Under the pieces are notes generated by a model that saw only the letters and a program-made list of their open reading frames with translations, was not told where the DNA came from and searched no databases. The position numbers and the translations under genes were made by a program. Positions 46,329 through 55,308 of a stretch of DNA of 64,000 nucleotides are shown here, in pieces (position 1 is the first letter of the stretch; every line of letters starts with the position of its first letter). The stretch spans positions 32,001-96,000 of IMG/VR virus record IMGVR_UViG_3300050821_005814; one strand, written 5' to 3'. Origin of the DNA: a virus.

Positions 46329-46549
46329 GCGAGCGCCGTCCCATTCCCGACATGGGGTTAGCCTATGAGATCACGCGCGAGGGTGAGATCTATGCGCTTG
46401 CATACATGACGTCAGCAAACCACCTACGCAAGGAATGCCGTGTACACGGCTACTCCCCAAACAAGCACCTGATCAAACTATGCGGGCCGGACGGCAAGCG
46501 TCGATGGTATGCAATCGCTACACTCGTTGAGAAGGTCTATGGCAAATGA
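46325..46549 (+). CDS. NUMOD4-like small protein
   Basis: RPIPD...YEITREGEIY...L...DGKRR...LV. Confidence 0.5.
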   Translation: MSERRPIPDMGLAYEITREGEIYALAYMTSANHLRKECRVHGYSPNKHLIKLCGPDGKRRWYAIATLVEKVYGK

Positions 46550-47097
46550 GGCCGGGCGGTGGTCACGCTAAGGGGGCGGGCTTTGAGCGGCGCATATGCC
46601 GCGCTCTGTCAAGCTGGCTGACAGCAGGTGCACGCGACGACCTGTTCTCGCGGAACGTCTTGTCGGGCGGACAATTCACCGTCGCTAAAGGTAAGCGCGG
46701 CAGTCCCGGCGACATCACTGGCGTTGACCCCCTTGCAGCACCATTCCTTGCGCTGTTCGCAGTCGAGTGCAAGCACCATCGCTCGCTGTATCTCGAGCAG
46801 CTACTGCTGAAGCCGCTTGGCGATTCACCATTCGGGCGCATCATTGAAGACACGCGCCACCAAGCCCGCCTAGCAGGCAAGAGCTATCTTGTGATTGCGC
46901 AGCAGAACAGATGTGAAGCACTCGTTGTCATGGACCGCGCAATCGCCGCCTGCATTCTCTACAAGCCGCGCTCCTTCCAGTATCACCTTCTGCACAATGA
47001 GCGTATAATGCTTATGCCGTTAGCGAGCTTCATGCGCGCTGACCCTGCTAAGTTCTTGGATGCCGTGCGTAACCGACACCTTCATCGCCAACCATAG
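46546..47097 (+). CDS. Holliday junction resolvase (PD-(D/E)xK)
   Basis: KGAGFERRI, SGG, GDI, VECKH. Confidence 0.85.
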   Translation: MRPGGGHAKGAGFERRICRALSSWLTAGARDDLFSRNVLSGGQFTVAKGKRGSPGDITGVDPLAAPFLALFAVECKHHRSLYLEQLLLKPLGDSPFGRIIEDTRHQARLAGKSYLVIAQQNRCEALVVMDRAIAACILYKPRSFQYHLLHNERIMLMPLASFMRADPAKFLDAVRNRHLHRQP

Positions 47098-47106
47098 GAG
47101 ATAGCG

Positions 47107-47577
47107 ATGCACTTGACACGAACTGGCTACAATGTCCTCGTCATCATCTGGCTTGCCCCGCTCGTTGTGCTGGACTTCATCGGCAATACCCTCACGACCG
47201 GCAGTCAGTCGGACATGTTCTACTACAAAACGATGGTCGACGGCTTGCTGATCGCCTATGCACTGTATCAGTGCTTCCGCCCAGCAACGGGCTCAGCATC
47301 GACAGTACATGCACGCATCGCCGACACGCATGACGAGGTCGTCGGCTTCGAAAAGCTTGGCGCAGCGGAGTACCTCTACTGCGCTATCCTGACGCTCTAT
47401 GCGGCGGGCAATTGGTACTTCATGCACATGATCAACCGTGAGTCGACAGGTATCGTGTCCATTGCCACATTGGCATGGTCGTTCTTGTCGCTCGCAATTG
47501 CGCTGCTGTCGGCAGTACAATTCTACCATCTGAAGAGCGGCGCGATCGTCGAACTGAAGCACCGCATCGTCCAGTAA
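47107..47577 (+). CDS. Four-TM membrane protein
   Basis: Four hydrophobic segments; AGGAG SD; GCGTATAATG at 47001. Confidence 0.7.
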   Translation: MHLTRTGYNVLVIIWLAPLVVLDFIGNTLTTGSQSDMFYYKTMVDGLLIAYALYQCFRPATGSASTVHARIADTHDEVVGFEKLGAAEYLYCAILTLYAAGNWYFMHMINRESTGIVSIATLAWSFLSLAIALLSAVQFYHLKSGAIVELKHRIVQ

Positions 47578-47630
47578 ACAGTCTCTCGGCCTAACTGCAG
47601 CCGTGGGCAGCAAGCCACGGCACTTATTCA

Positions 47631-47846
47631 ATGGAGGCAGGCGTGCCTACTGCTAAACCAGAAGCATCCGCATTCCACGGGTTTCTTGTGCAGAACCGCG
47701 CATCGGTCTGGCTCTGCTTCGCGATACTGATCGTATCGGCTGTCATGCACGCCCCAAGTTTCGCTAGTATGATCGCGCTCTGCATCGAGGCAATGCTGTT
47801 GGTCGTGCTACGCTGGGTCGCGCATGTTGAGGGACGCAACGCATAG
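47631..47846 (+). CDS. Small membrane protein
   Basis: Two hydrophobic segments. Confidence 0.5.
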   Translation: MEAGVPTAKPEASAFHGFLVQNRASVWLCFAILIVSAVMHAPSFASMIALCIEAMLLVVLRWVAHVEGRNA

Positions 47847-47856
47847 GAGGTTTACT

Positions 47857-48198
47857 ATGGAGACTGAAGACATTCCGGAGACAGGTCATGCGTCGGACTG
47901 GCTGCCTGCGACTGATCCACTGCTCGTTGGTCTGCTAGCAAAGCTTGGTGAAGAGTCAGGAGAACTTGCGACTATTTGCTCACGCTGCATTGCACAGGGC
48001 GGACTGGATGAGAAGGATCCCGCAACCGGCAAGCTTAACCGCGATGCACTGCAAGATGAGCTTGCTGACGTTTCTGCCATCAGCTTTCTCGCAGTCGAGT
48101 ACCTAGCACTCAACATGCGAGCCATAATGGATCGCAGAGAGCGTAAGCGCGCGTTCAAGCGGCCGTGGTTTGACTGGCTAAAAAGCCTGCGCAAATGA
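47857..48198 (+). CDS. MazG-like NTP pyrophosphohydrolase
   Basis: KLGEESGEL...LQDELADV. Confidence 0.75.
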   Translation: METEDIPETGHASDWLPATDPLLVGLLAKLGEESGELATICSRCIAQGGLDEKDPATGKLNRDALQDELADVSAISFLAVEYLALNMRAIMDRRERKRAFKRPWFDWLKSLRK

Positions 48199-48443
48199 CG
48201 AGCGAACGCAAATGCGAACCTTGGCGGTGCGGTGACGACTGCTGGGGCTTGCCTGGCTGTCAACATCCCGAGCGTACACCCTTCTACGAAATCCCCCTGC
48301 CGCGCTTCCCGCCGCCAGAAGACGATGCACTGATCAACGATCTGTTCTATCCAATCCAGCGCACGGCAATTGCGCGGCGCATACTCAGCATTGCGATCAT
48401 ACTGTTCACGCTCGTTGTCATCTACGGACTGCTGCGCCGATGA
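48195..48443 (+). CDS. Small membrane protein
   Basis: C-terminal TM, coupled. Confidence 0.55.
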   Translation: MTSERKCEPWRCGDDCWGLPGCQHPERTPFYEIPLPRFPPPEDDALINDLFYPIQRTAIARRILSIAIILFTLVVIYGLLRR

Positions 48444-49414
48444 TCCTGACGACCGACCTTCACCTCGATGACAACCCAGACAACCTATACCGCTGGCTTG
48501 TCTTCGATACCATTGACGAGATTCTGCGCGAGACGAATGAGACTGAGCTGTTCATTCTCGGCGACCTGTGCGACCGCAAGGATCGGCATAGCGGTGAGTT
48601 GGTCAACCAGCTTGTCCGCACATTCGCTGCGCTTAAGGCGGAGTCCATTATCATACTCATGGGCAACCATGATGCACCGCTGCGCGGCACCCCCTTCTGG
48701 TCGTTTCTTAATGAGCTGCCGCATGTGCGGTTCATCACGAAGCCGGTTGTACGCGGTAGTCTCGTGCTGCTGCCATCTTCGACCAATCCAAGCAAAGACT
48801 GGGCAGACATCGACTTCACGCACTACCAAGCCGCATTCATGCATCAGACCGTCAAGGGTGCGCAGCATAGCGTGATGCTGGAAGAGTCGCCAGGCATGGT
48901 TGAGTTCCCCAAGGGGCTGAAGGTCTACTCAGGGGATGTGCATGTGCAGCAGACTGTGCGCGGCATTGTGTATGTCGGGGCACCGCATCCTGTCAAGTTC
49001 GGCGATGACTATTCATCGCGCATACTCATCCTTAACGACCGCTATGTGATCAAGGAGGAGGTCAAGCTCTACCCGCCGCGCAAGCATGTGCTGACTGTCA
49101 ATTCACTCGCCCAACTCAAAAGCATGAAGGTGAACGAAGGGGACCAGGCGCAGATCCGCATCAACATTCCCTCATCGAAGATGGAACAATGGCCGGTCGA
49201 ACAGCAGGCTATTGCAGCTTGGGCAGCAGACAAGGGGTTGCGCATTGCTAGCATCGAGGCGACCGTTGAGATGGATGCGGAAGAGCAGCGCCAACAAGCG
49301 CCTGCGCTCGGCGCGGACCCGAAAGCTGTATTGCACGCGTATGCGAAGGCGGAAGGTCTGGACAAGCGGCGGATCGAGGTCGGGCTAGAGCTTCTCGAGG
49401 AGTCAGAAGGATGA
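48440..49414 (+). CDS. SbcD/Mre11-like metallophosphoesterase nuclease
   Basis: TDLHL, LGD, GNHD, MHQ, SGDVH, YVGAP. Confidence 0.9.
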   Translation: MILTTDLHLDDNPDNLYRWLVFDTIDEILRETNETELFILGDLCDRKDRHSGELVNQLVRTFAALKAESIIILMGNHDAPLRGTPFWSFLNELPHVRFITKPVVRGSLVLLPSSTNPSKDWADIDFTHYQAAFMHQTVKGAQHSVMLEESPGMVEFPKGLKVYSGDVHVQQTVRGIVYVGAPHPVKFGDDYSSRILILNDRYVIKEEVKLYPPRKHVLTVNSLAQLKSMKVNEGDQAQIRINIPSSKMEQWPVEQQAIAAWAADKGLRIASIEATVEMDAEEQRQQAPALGADPKAVLHAYAKAEGLDKRRIEVGLELLEESEG

Positions 49415-49743
49415 TCGCATCTCTTGACGTTCTACGCGCAAGCGGTTGGGCCGTCGCAGTGCACAATGACTATCGCCTCAATGGAAACCGGCATACATTT
49501 TGGCTTCTGACGCACCCATCCGGCCGCTATGTCAAGGGCGAAGGTCCAACTGATGAAGTAGCGCTTGACGAGTGCTTGAAGCAAATAGATCGCTTCAGCT
49601 TGGGCGGTGCGATAGGGCCTTACATGACCCGTCTCAGCGAGAGCAGCGAAACCAAGATAGGTCGTTTAGAGCTTGCGTTTAGTACCTATGAGCAAGCGCG
49701 CAAGTACTTGGCTTGGATCGAACGTCTCGAGCGGAGGCACTGA
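49411..49743 (+). CDS. Hypothetical protein
   Basis: GWAVAVHNDYRLNG...TFWLLTHP...KGEG. Confidence 0.7.
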   Translation: MIASLDVLRASGWAVAVHNDYRLNGNRHTFWLLTHPSGRYVKGEGPTDEVALDECLKQIDRFSLGGAIGPYMTRLSESSETKIGRLELAFSTYEQARKYLAWIERLERRH

Positions 49744-49744
49744 C

Positions 49745-50239
49745 ATGAAGCCGCATTGGATTGCGTTTGCCTTAGCTGCGGTTGGCGCTTTTGCATTGCT
49801 CTTTCCCGCGCCACATGAAGACCCTGCGCCTGGTTGGAACCCCCCGCACCCGCTCAACAAGCGGCAGCTAAGCGAGCAGCCGTTCTATCAACCGATTGGT
49901 CCCATGACCATCCTGCTGCGCATTCAGCCGCGCGATCAGTTCTATAAGCAGAATGGCAGCGCTATCAACGGGTACACGCATTATGCGGAGAAGGGTCATC
50001 CGCTTTGCGAGATCACCATTCCCGATGGATTCATCGTCCGGGGAGTAGCCGAGTTAGGCTTTGCTTCGTTCACTGACTTCCAACTAGCAAAAACGATTGC
50101 GCATGAGATCTTGCACTGCGAAGCTGGAATATGGCACCCTACATGGGACGAGATCAATAAGGACTATGATCAACACTACCACGGTCCGATAACCATTCTA
50201 GGCTCTTGGCCACCTGCTAATCCTGCGGATATGCGCTGA
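49745..50239 (+). CDS. Secreted HExxH (zincin-like) protein
   Basis: Signal or TM at the N-terminus; TIAHEILHCEAGIWH. Confidence 0.65.
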   Translation: MKPHWIAFALAAVGAFALLFPAPHEDPAPGWNPPHPLNKRQLSEQPFYQPIGPMTILLRIQPRDQFYKQNGSAINGYTHYAEKGHPLCEITIPDGFIVRGVAELGFASFTDFQLAKTIAHEILHCEAGIWHPTWDEINKDYDQHYHGPITILGSWPPANPADMR

Positions 50240-52140
50240 TGATTCAGCTACTAAGCATTACGCTGAGCGGCTTCAAGAGCTTTCGCAATGAGACGACTGT
50301 TCACTTCCCAAAAACAGCCGGCTTCCGCTTGGTCAGTGGGATTAACGAAACGAATGCGCGACTGGGCGCAAATGGTGCAGGTAAGAGCAGTCTTTTTACC
50401 GATGCTGTCCATTGGTGCCTGTATGGCACATCGATTCGCGGTAAGCGTACGTCAGACCTTGTGTCATGGGGACTCAAGAAAGCGCGCATCGAGACAAGCT
50501 GGCTTGTCGATGGTAAGCTCATGCACGTCTGCCGCATGGGACCGCCTGAACGGCTGACGATCAATGACGAGCCAGTCGAGCAAGCGAATGTCGACGCAAT
50601 CTTTCTCCCCGCTGCTAGCTTCCGCCAGGCAATCATCTATGGCCAGACAGTCCCGCTATTCTATGACATGCCGGTCCCACAGCGCGGCATATTGCTGGAC
50701 GAGGTCTTGCAGCTTGAGCGCTGGCTGGAGCTGTCTGCACTTGCTGCTAAGAAGGCGCGAGCACTGGAGAATGAAGAAGCAGAGGCTGATCGCGCCATTG
50801 CACGGCTTGAGGGTAAGCTTGATGCGCTGGAAGACGAGGCGCAGCTCCAGGAAGCATTCGATACCTGGGAAGCTGATCATGCGAAGGTTGTCAAGAATGC
50901 AATAGCAGCGCTTGCTGCTAGCGAAGCAAAGCACGATGAAGCGCAGAAGCTGCACAAGCGCCTGCATGCCGCCTATCGCAAAACAAGTGACGTTGCCCCT
51001 ATCATAAAGACCGACGCCATCGAGGACCGCATCCTTGATGCGCGCGTCGCAGTCGGCAAAGCGCAAGAAGCGGCAGACAATGCAGAGCAGCTCGGCGAGT
51101 TCTTCCTGCATCATCGCAACTGCCCGACGTGTGAACAAGAGATTTCGACGACCTTCGCTGACCGCCAGCGCATTAACTATGATGCAGTGCGAGGCGAGGC
51201 TCGTGCGCGCATGGTGACGCTGAATGCGCAGATCACTGCGGACCGCGAGAAGCTTGACGAGATTCGCGTTGGCCGTGCGGCAGCAGAGAAGGCAAACACT
51301 GAAGCACGCATCAAGCTCGCATCTGCAGCAACGGCTGTCGATCATCTCCTTAGCGTTGTTGAGCAGGATGAACATACTGCGAATGCGCTGATGAAGGAGA
51401 GCAATCCTTGGGGCACGCGTCTCGATAAGGTGCAGCAGGAACGGCGCGAAACGAAGGAAGCGCTGCGCAAGGCTAACAATGCGTTCCTGCGTTTGCAGTC
51501 AGAGCGCGAACTTATGGAGTACTGGAAGGATGGCTTCAAGCGTGTGCGGCTATTCCAAATCAAGCGCACTCTGGACTTTCTACAACTTGAGGTCGCCAAC
51601 GCGGCTAGCGCTTTGGGCTTACTTGGCTGGACCATCGCCTTCTCAACAGAGATCGAGACTAAAAGCGGAAGCATGCGGCCGGGGATTCACATTGAGATTG
51701 GAGCCCCTGAGTCAGCCGCAGGACGCGAATGGTCGCCAGGGGAATTGCAGCGCGTCCGACTAGCTGTGTCGCTCGGTCTCAGCGCCATGATCCAGCGCAT
51801 GTCGGGTATAAGCTATGCAATGGAGGTGTTTGATGAGCCGACGAATTGGCTTGCATCAGAGGGTATCGAAGACCTGCTATCGTGCTTGGCGCGCCGCGCT
51901 GAGACAACCAACAAAAGCGTCTGGCTGATTGACCATCGCGCATTGCAATTCGCTGGGTTTGATCAGGTCTGGACGATTGTGAAGGATGAGGACGGATCGC
52001 ATGTCAAAGGAGCTGCCAACGGGGTTCTCGGAGGCATTGCGCGAGCTGAATCACGCAGCCGGGTTGCTAGCAAGCGCATCAACACGGATGACGTCTTGGG
52101 CAGTAGGCGAGGGGTGCGCAAACGGGAGAAGCTCTCCTAA
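50239..52140 (+). CDS. SbcC/Rad50-like ATPase
   Basis: GFKSF, NGAGKSS, coiled coil with CPTC hook, SPGELQR, VFDEP, IDH. Confidence 0.92.
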   Translation: MIQLLSITLSGFKSFRNETTVHFPKTAGFRLVSGINETNARLGANGAGKSSLFTDAVHWCLYGTSIRGKRTSDLVSWGLKKARIETSWLVDGKLMHVCRMGPPERLTINDEPVEQANVDAIFLPAASFRQAIIYGQTVPLFYDMPVPQRGILLDEVLQLERWLELSALAAKKARALENEEAEADRAIARLEGKLDALEDEAQLQEAFDTWEADHAKVVKNAIAALAASEAKHDEAQKLHKRLHAAYRKTSDVAPIIKTDAIEDRILDARVAVGKAQEAADNAEQLGEFFLHHRNCPTCEQEISTTFADRQRINYDAVRGEARARMVTLNAQITADREKLDEIRVGRAAAEKANTEARIKLASAATAVDHLLSVVEQDEHTANALMKESNPWGTRLDKVQQERRETKEALRKANNAFLRLQSERELMEYWKDGFKRVRLFQIKRTLDFLQLEVANAASALGLLGWTIAFSTEIETKSGSMRPGIHIEIGAPESAAGREWSPGELQRVRLAVSLGLSAMIQRMSGISYAMEVFDEPTNWLASEGIEDLLSCLARRAETTNKSVWLIDHRALQFAGFDQVWTIVKDEDGSHVKGAANGVLGGIARAESRSRVASKRINTDDVLGSRRGVRKREKLS

Positions 52141-52211
52141 CTTGACGGAGCTAGCTTATCAATGCGCACTAGACGCAATCGAAATTCTTGCAGCATTTAG
52201 GAGCACTCTAA

Positions 52212-52670
52212 ATGACCGAGGTACTAGCCACCCGCTACCATGACCTGTCGATTGGTCATCGCGTCGTCGGGCACGAGAACAAATGTCGCATGCTGCATGG
52301 TCACAACCTACGCATCCACTTTGCGTGCGCAGCCGAGGAGCTTGATGGCGTTGGACGCGTCATTGACTTCAGCGACATCAACAAGCGCCTCTGCATGTGG
52401 CTCGAGGACAACTGGGATCACAAGATGCTGCTATGGGAATCCGATCCCCTCCTTCACGACCTGCGCTATCGAAGGCATGCTTTCTCGGCTGAGGTGTTGG
52501 ACATAATAGACATGTCAATAGTCCCAGTACCGTTCAACCCGACGTCTGAGTTGATTGCGCTGCATCTCCTGCACTTTATCGGCCCCAAGCAATTGCAGGG
52601 GACTGGTGTGCGCTTGGTCAGCGTGCAGGTCGATGAGACGCGGAAGTGCTTTGCCATCGCGCAGGAGTGA
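52212..52670 (+). CDS. queD: 6-carboxy-5,6,7,8-tetrahydropterin synthase
   Basis: GHRV..HENKCRMLHGHN, VIDF, WDHK, NPTSE, ETRKC. Confidence 0.93.
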   Translation: MTEVLATRYHDLSIGHRVVGHENKCRMLHGHNLRIHFACAAEELDGVGRVIDFSDINKRLCMWLEDNWDHKMLLWESDPLLHDLRYRRHAFSAEVLDIIDMSIVPVPFNPTSELIALHLLHFIGPKQLQGTGVRLVSVQVDETRKCFAIAQE

Positions 52671-52673
52671 GCA

Positions 52674-53504
52674 ATGTTTGGGGGCAATAAGCAGCGGACA
52701 TACCGCGACTATGCAATGCTCGACAGCGATATGCTGTTCGTCACAAGCGTATTCTACACCTTGCAGGGTGAGGGACCATTTGCGGGACAACCAGCTGTCT
52801 TTGTGCGGCTGACTGGCTGCCATCTCGCATGCTCCTTCTGCGACACATGGTTTGATAGCGGGCATGTGCAGACGTTTCACGAGATCGAGCAGCGCATTGA
52901 TACGCTCGCTGAGCAGGCATGGAAGCATGGTGCGCCGATTTGGGGGAAGCAGGGACTGCTTGTCGTTGTGACAGGCGGCGAGCCTATGCTGCAAGCAAAC
53001 CTTCCCCGCTTCCTGCAACGGCTGCAAAACCATCGCTGCCGTACGCAAATCGAAACAGCAGGTAGCTTTTGGCTACAAGATATACCGCATCGCACGCACA
53101 TTGTTTGCAGTCCGAAAGTCAACGCAGCCACCAAGCAGTACATGGGCGTGAATACCAAACTGCTCGATCGCATCGACTCCCTCAAGTTCATTGTGTCCGC
53201 TACTGAAGCTGGCTACACTGACATTCCGCATTGGGCAATCAACTGGGCCTATCAAGCATCGCCGACCGGTCATCGGCGCGTCTACGTGTCGCCAATGAAC
53301 TGCTATCTGCGGCCGCCGAAGAAGCTTGATGCAGACGCAAGCATTGAGGCGCGCAGTGAGTACGACGAGCGCATCTCCTTCTGGGAAGAGGGATTGCTCG
53401 ATCGCGCTGCCAACCAACGCAATCACGAACATGCTGCTGCGCTCGCGCTCAAGTACGGCGCGATCCTGTCGCTGCAACAGCATCTCTACGCGAACCTGCC
53501 GTGA
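52674..53504 (+). CDS. queE: 7-carboxy-7-deazaguanine synthase (radical SAM)
   Basis: FYTLQGEG, FVRLTGCHLACSFCDT, TGGEP, IETAG, SPK, LSLQQH. Confidence 0.95.
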   Translation: MFGGNKQRTYRDYAMLDSDMLFVTSVFYTLQGEGPFAGQPAVFVRLTGCHLACSFCDTWFDSGHVQTFHEIEQRIDTLAEQAWKHGAPIWGKQGLLVVVTGGEPMLQANLPRFLQRLQNHRCRTQIETAGSFWLQDIPHRTHIVCSPKVNAATKQYMGVNTKLLDRIDSLKFIVSATEAGYTDIPHWAINWAYQASPTGHRRVYVSPMNCYLRPPKKLDADASIEARSEYDERISFWEEGLLDRAANQRNHEHAAALALKYGAILSLQQHLYANLP

Positions 53505-53507
53505 CGC

Positions 53508-54938
53508 ATGGACGACACCGATCAAGAGGACGAAATCCTCCTCCCCGTCGAATTGGAGGAATCAGTTCTGACGGGACTTGTCTGGAGCGATGAACTAGCA
53601 CCGCAGATCATCATCCGCCTAAAAGCTGAAGACTTCTCATCACGCCAGTACCAGCGTGTCGCACGGCAAGCAATCACGCATCTCGAGCGCTACGGCAAAG
53701 CGCCCGGCGCCCATATGCCCGAACTCCTGTCGCGGGACCTGACGCGCGGCAGTGAAGGGCAACTGCTGCGCATGCTGCTGCAAGGCATGGAGCAGGTCGC
53801 ACCAAGACTGCAGTCAAGCTTCGTGCTCGAGCACCTGGACGACTTCCTTGAGACGCGCCAGATCCAGAAGGCAATTGAATTAGCTTCTGACGCCTTGCAG
53901 CGCGGGGAGCTCAAGGTCGCTAGGGAAGCGATTCAGCAGCAACAGAGCATCAAGCAGGAGGGTTCGCCGGGCGTCTATCTGCATGAAGCAGACAAGATGC
54001 TGTCCTTTCTCAACCGATCCGCGGACAGCGGCTTTACGAGCGGCGTTGACACTTTGGACCAATTCGGCGCGACACCAGCCCGCAAGACGATGCTACTGTT
54101 CCTTGCTCCGCCGAAGAAAGGTAAGTCATGGTTCGTCGTCAACTGCGGCAAACGCAACCTCATGCATCGCAAGTCTGTGCTGCACATCACGCTCGAGAAT
54201 AGCTGGGAGCTGACAGCGCAGCGCTACGCACAGGCGATCAATGCGATGACATCAGACGCTGATGCGACGATACGCGTGACGCGCTTCAAGAAGGACGACC
54301 TGCAACGGCTCGCGTCCATTGAGCTTGACTCCATTGAGGCCGAAGCGATCTCACGCGGGAACAAGGAGAAGATAGCGCGCAAGTTGAAGGCGTTCGAGCG
54401 GCGCCCCAAACTGCTGATCAAAGAGTTCCCCATGTCGACGCTGACGGTTGGGCAGTTGACAGCCTACCTGGACTACCTCGAACGCGTCGAGAAGTTTAAG
54501 CCTGACCTGCTACTCATTGACTCTCCCAACCGTATGGCAATGGATTCACGCAACCTGCGTACAGACCTTGCGCAGATCTTTGCGCGGCTGCACGGCGTGG
54601 CATCGTCCCGCAATATGGCGCTAGTATGCGTGCATCATGGGAACAGGGGGTCAGCGACGGCGAAGACAGTGACGAGCACCATGTCATCTGAGGACTACAC
54701 GGTCATTGGCATTGCTGACCTCATCATCACCTACAGTCAGACATCCCGCGAGAAGACAAAGGGGCTTGCGCGGTTGCTTGTCGATGGTGCGCGTAATGCG
54801 CGGGACAACTTTTCGGTCATGATCACGCAAGCCTATGACATCGGGCAGTTCTGCCTCGACAGTGTCTACTTTAGCAAGTTCGCGGCTGAAGAGAATTCGC
54901 GTATGACAGGGGAGAAGGAAGATGACGGAAAAAGCTAA
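53508..54938 (+). CDS. Replicative DnaB-like helicase
   Basis: APPKKGKS, HITLEN, PDLLLID, N-terminal DnaB-like domain. Confidence 0.88.
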   Translation: MDDTDQEDEILLPVELEESVLTGLVWSDELAPQIIIRLKAEDFSSRQYQRVARQAITHLERYGKAPGAHMPELLSRDLTRGSEGQLLRMLLQGMEQVAPRLQSSFVLEHLDDFLETRQIQKAIELASDALQRGELKVAREAIQQQQSIKQEGSPGVYLHEADKMLSFLNRSADSGFTSGVDTLDQFGATPARKTMLLFLAPPKKGKSWFVVNCGKRNLMHRKSVLHITLENSWELTAQRYAQAINAMTSDADATIRVTRFKKDDLQRLASIELDSIEAEAISRGNKEKIARKLKAFERRPKLLIKEFPMSTLTVGQLTAYLDYLERVEKFKPDLLLIDSPNRMAMDSRNLRTDLAQIFARLHGVASSRNMALVCVHHGNRGSATAKTVTSTMSSEDYTVIGIADLIITYSQTSREKTKGLARLLVDGARNARDNFSVMITQAYDIGQFCLDSVYFSKFAAEENSRMTGEKEDDGKS

Positions 54939-55308
54939 CTGGCTCTATCGTTGCTACCACTGTGATCAAGTCTTCAAACGCGAGGCAGCAGCCATCCACT
55001 TCGGCATGCATGAGCTTGACGCGCCTGCATGCAAGCTTGCTGCTGATCTGCCTGGCCTCATAGAGCTACTGCGCAGTAAGGATGCAGAGCTTGCGCAAAT
55101 GCGGCGGGAGGACAGTCCAACGCATCGACAGTTCTATGAGCTAGGCTCCCAGTACACGCGCGATGTGACTGCTGCGCAGGAACAAGGTTACAACAAAGCG
55201 CTGCGCGATCTCGAGAACGGCGACCTTGAGAAAGCGCATGCAGCGCGCGTGCTCCCAGGCATCATCAAGGCGCTGACCAGCAATGCCGATCTCCAAGAAA
55301 GCGATTGA
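54922..55308 (+). CDS. Hypothetical protein with N-terminal C2H2-like motif
   Basis: CYHCDQVF...HFG...PAC. Confidence 0.7.
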   Translation: MTEKANWLYRCYHCDQVFKREAAAIHFGMHELDAPACKLAADLPGLIELLRSKDAELAQMRREDSPTHRQFYELGSQYTRDVTAAQEQGYNKALRDLENGDLEKAHAARVLPGIIKALTSNADLQESD

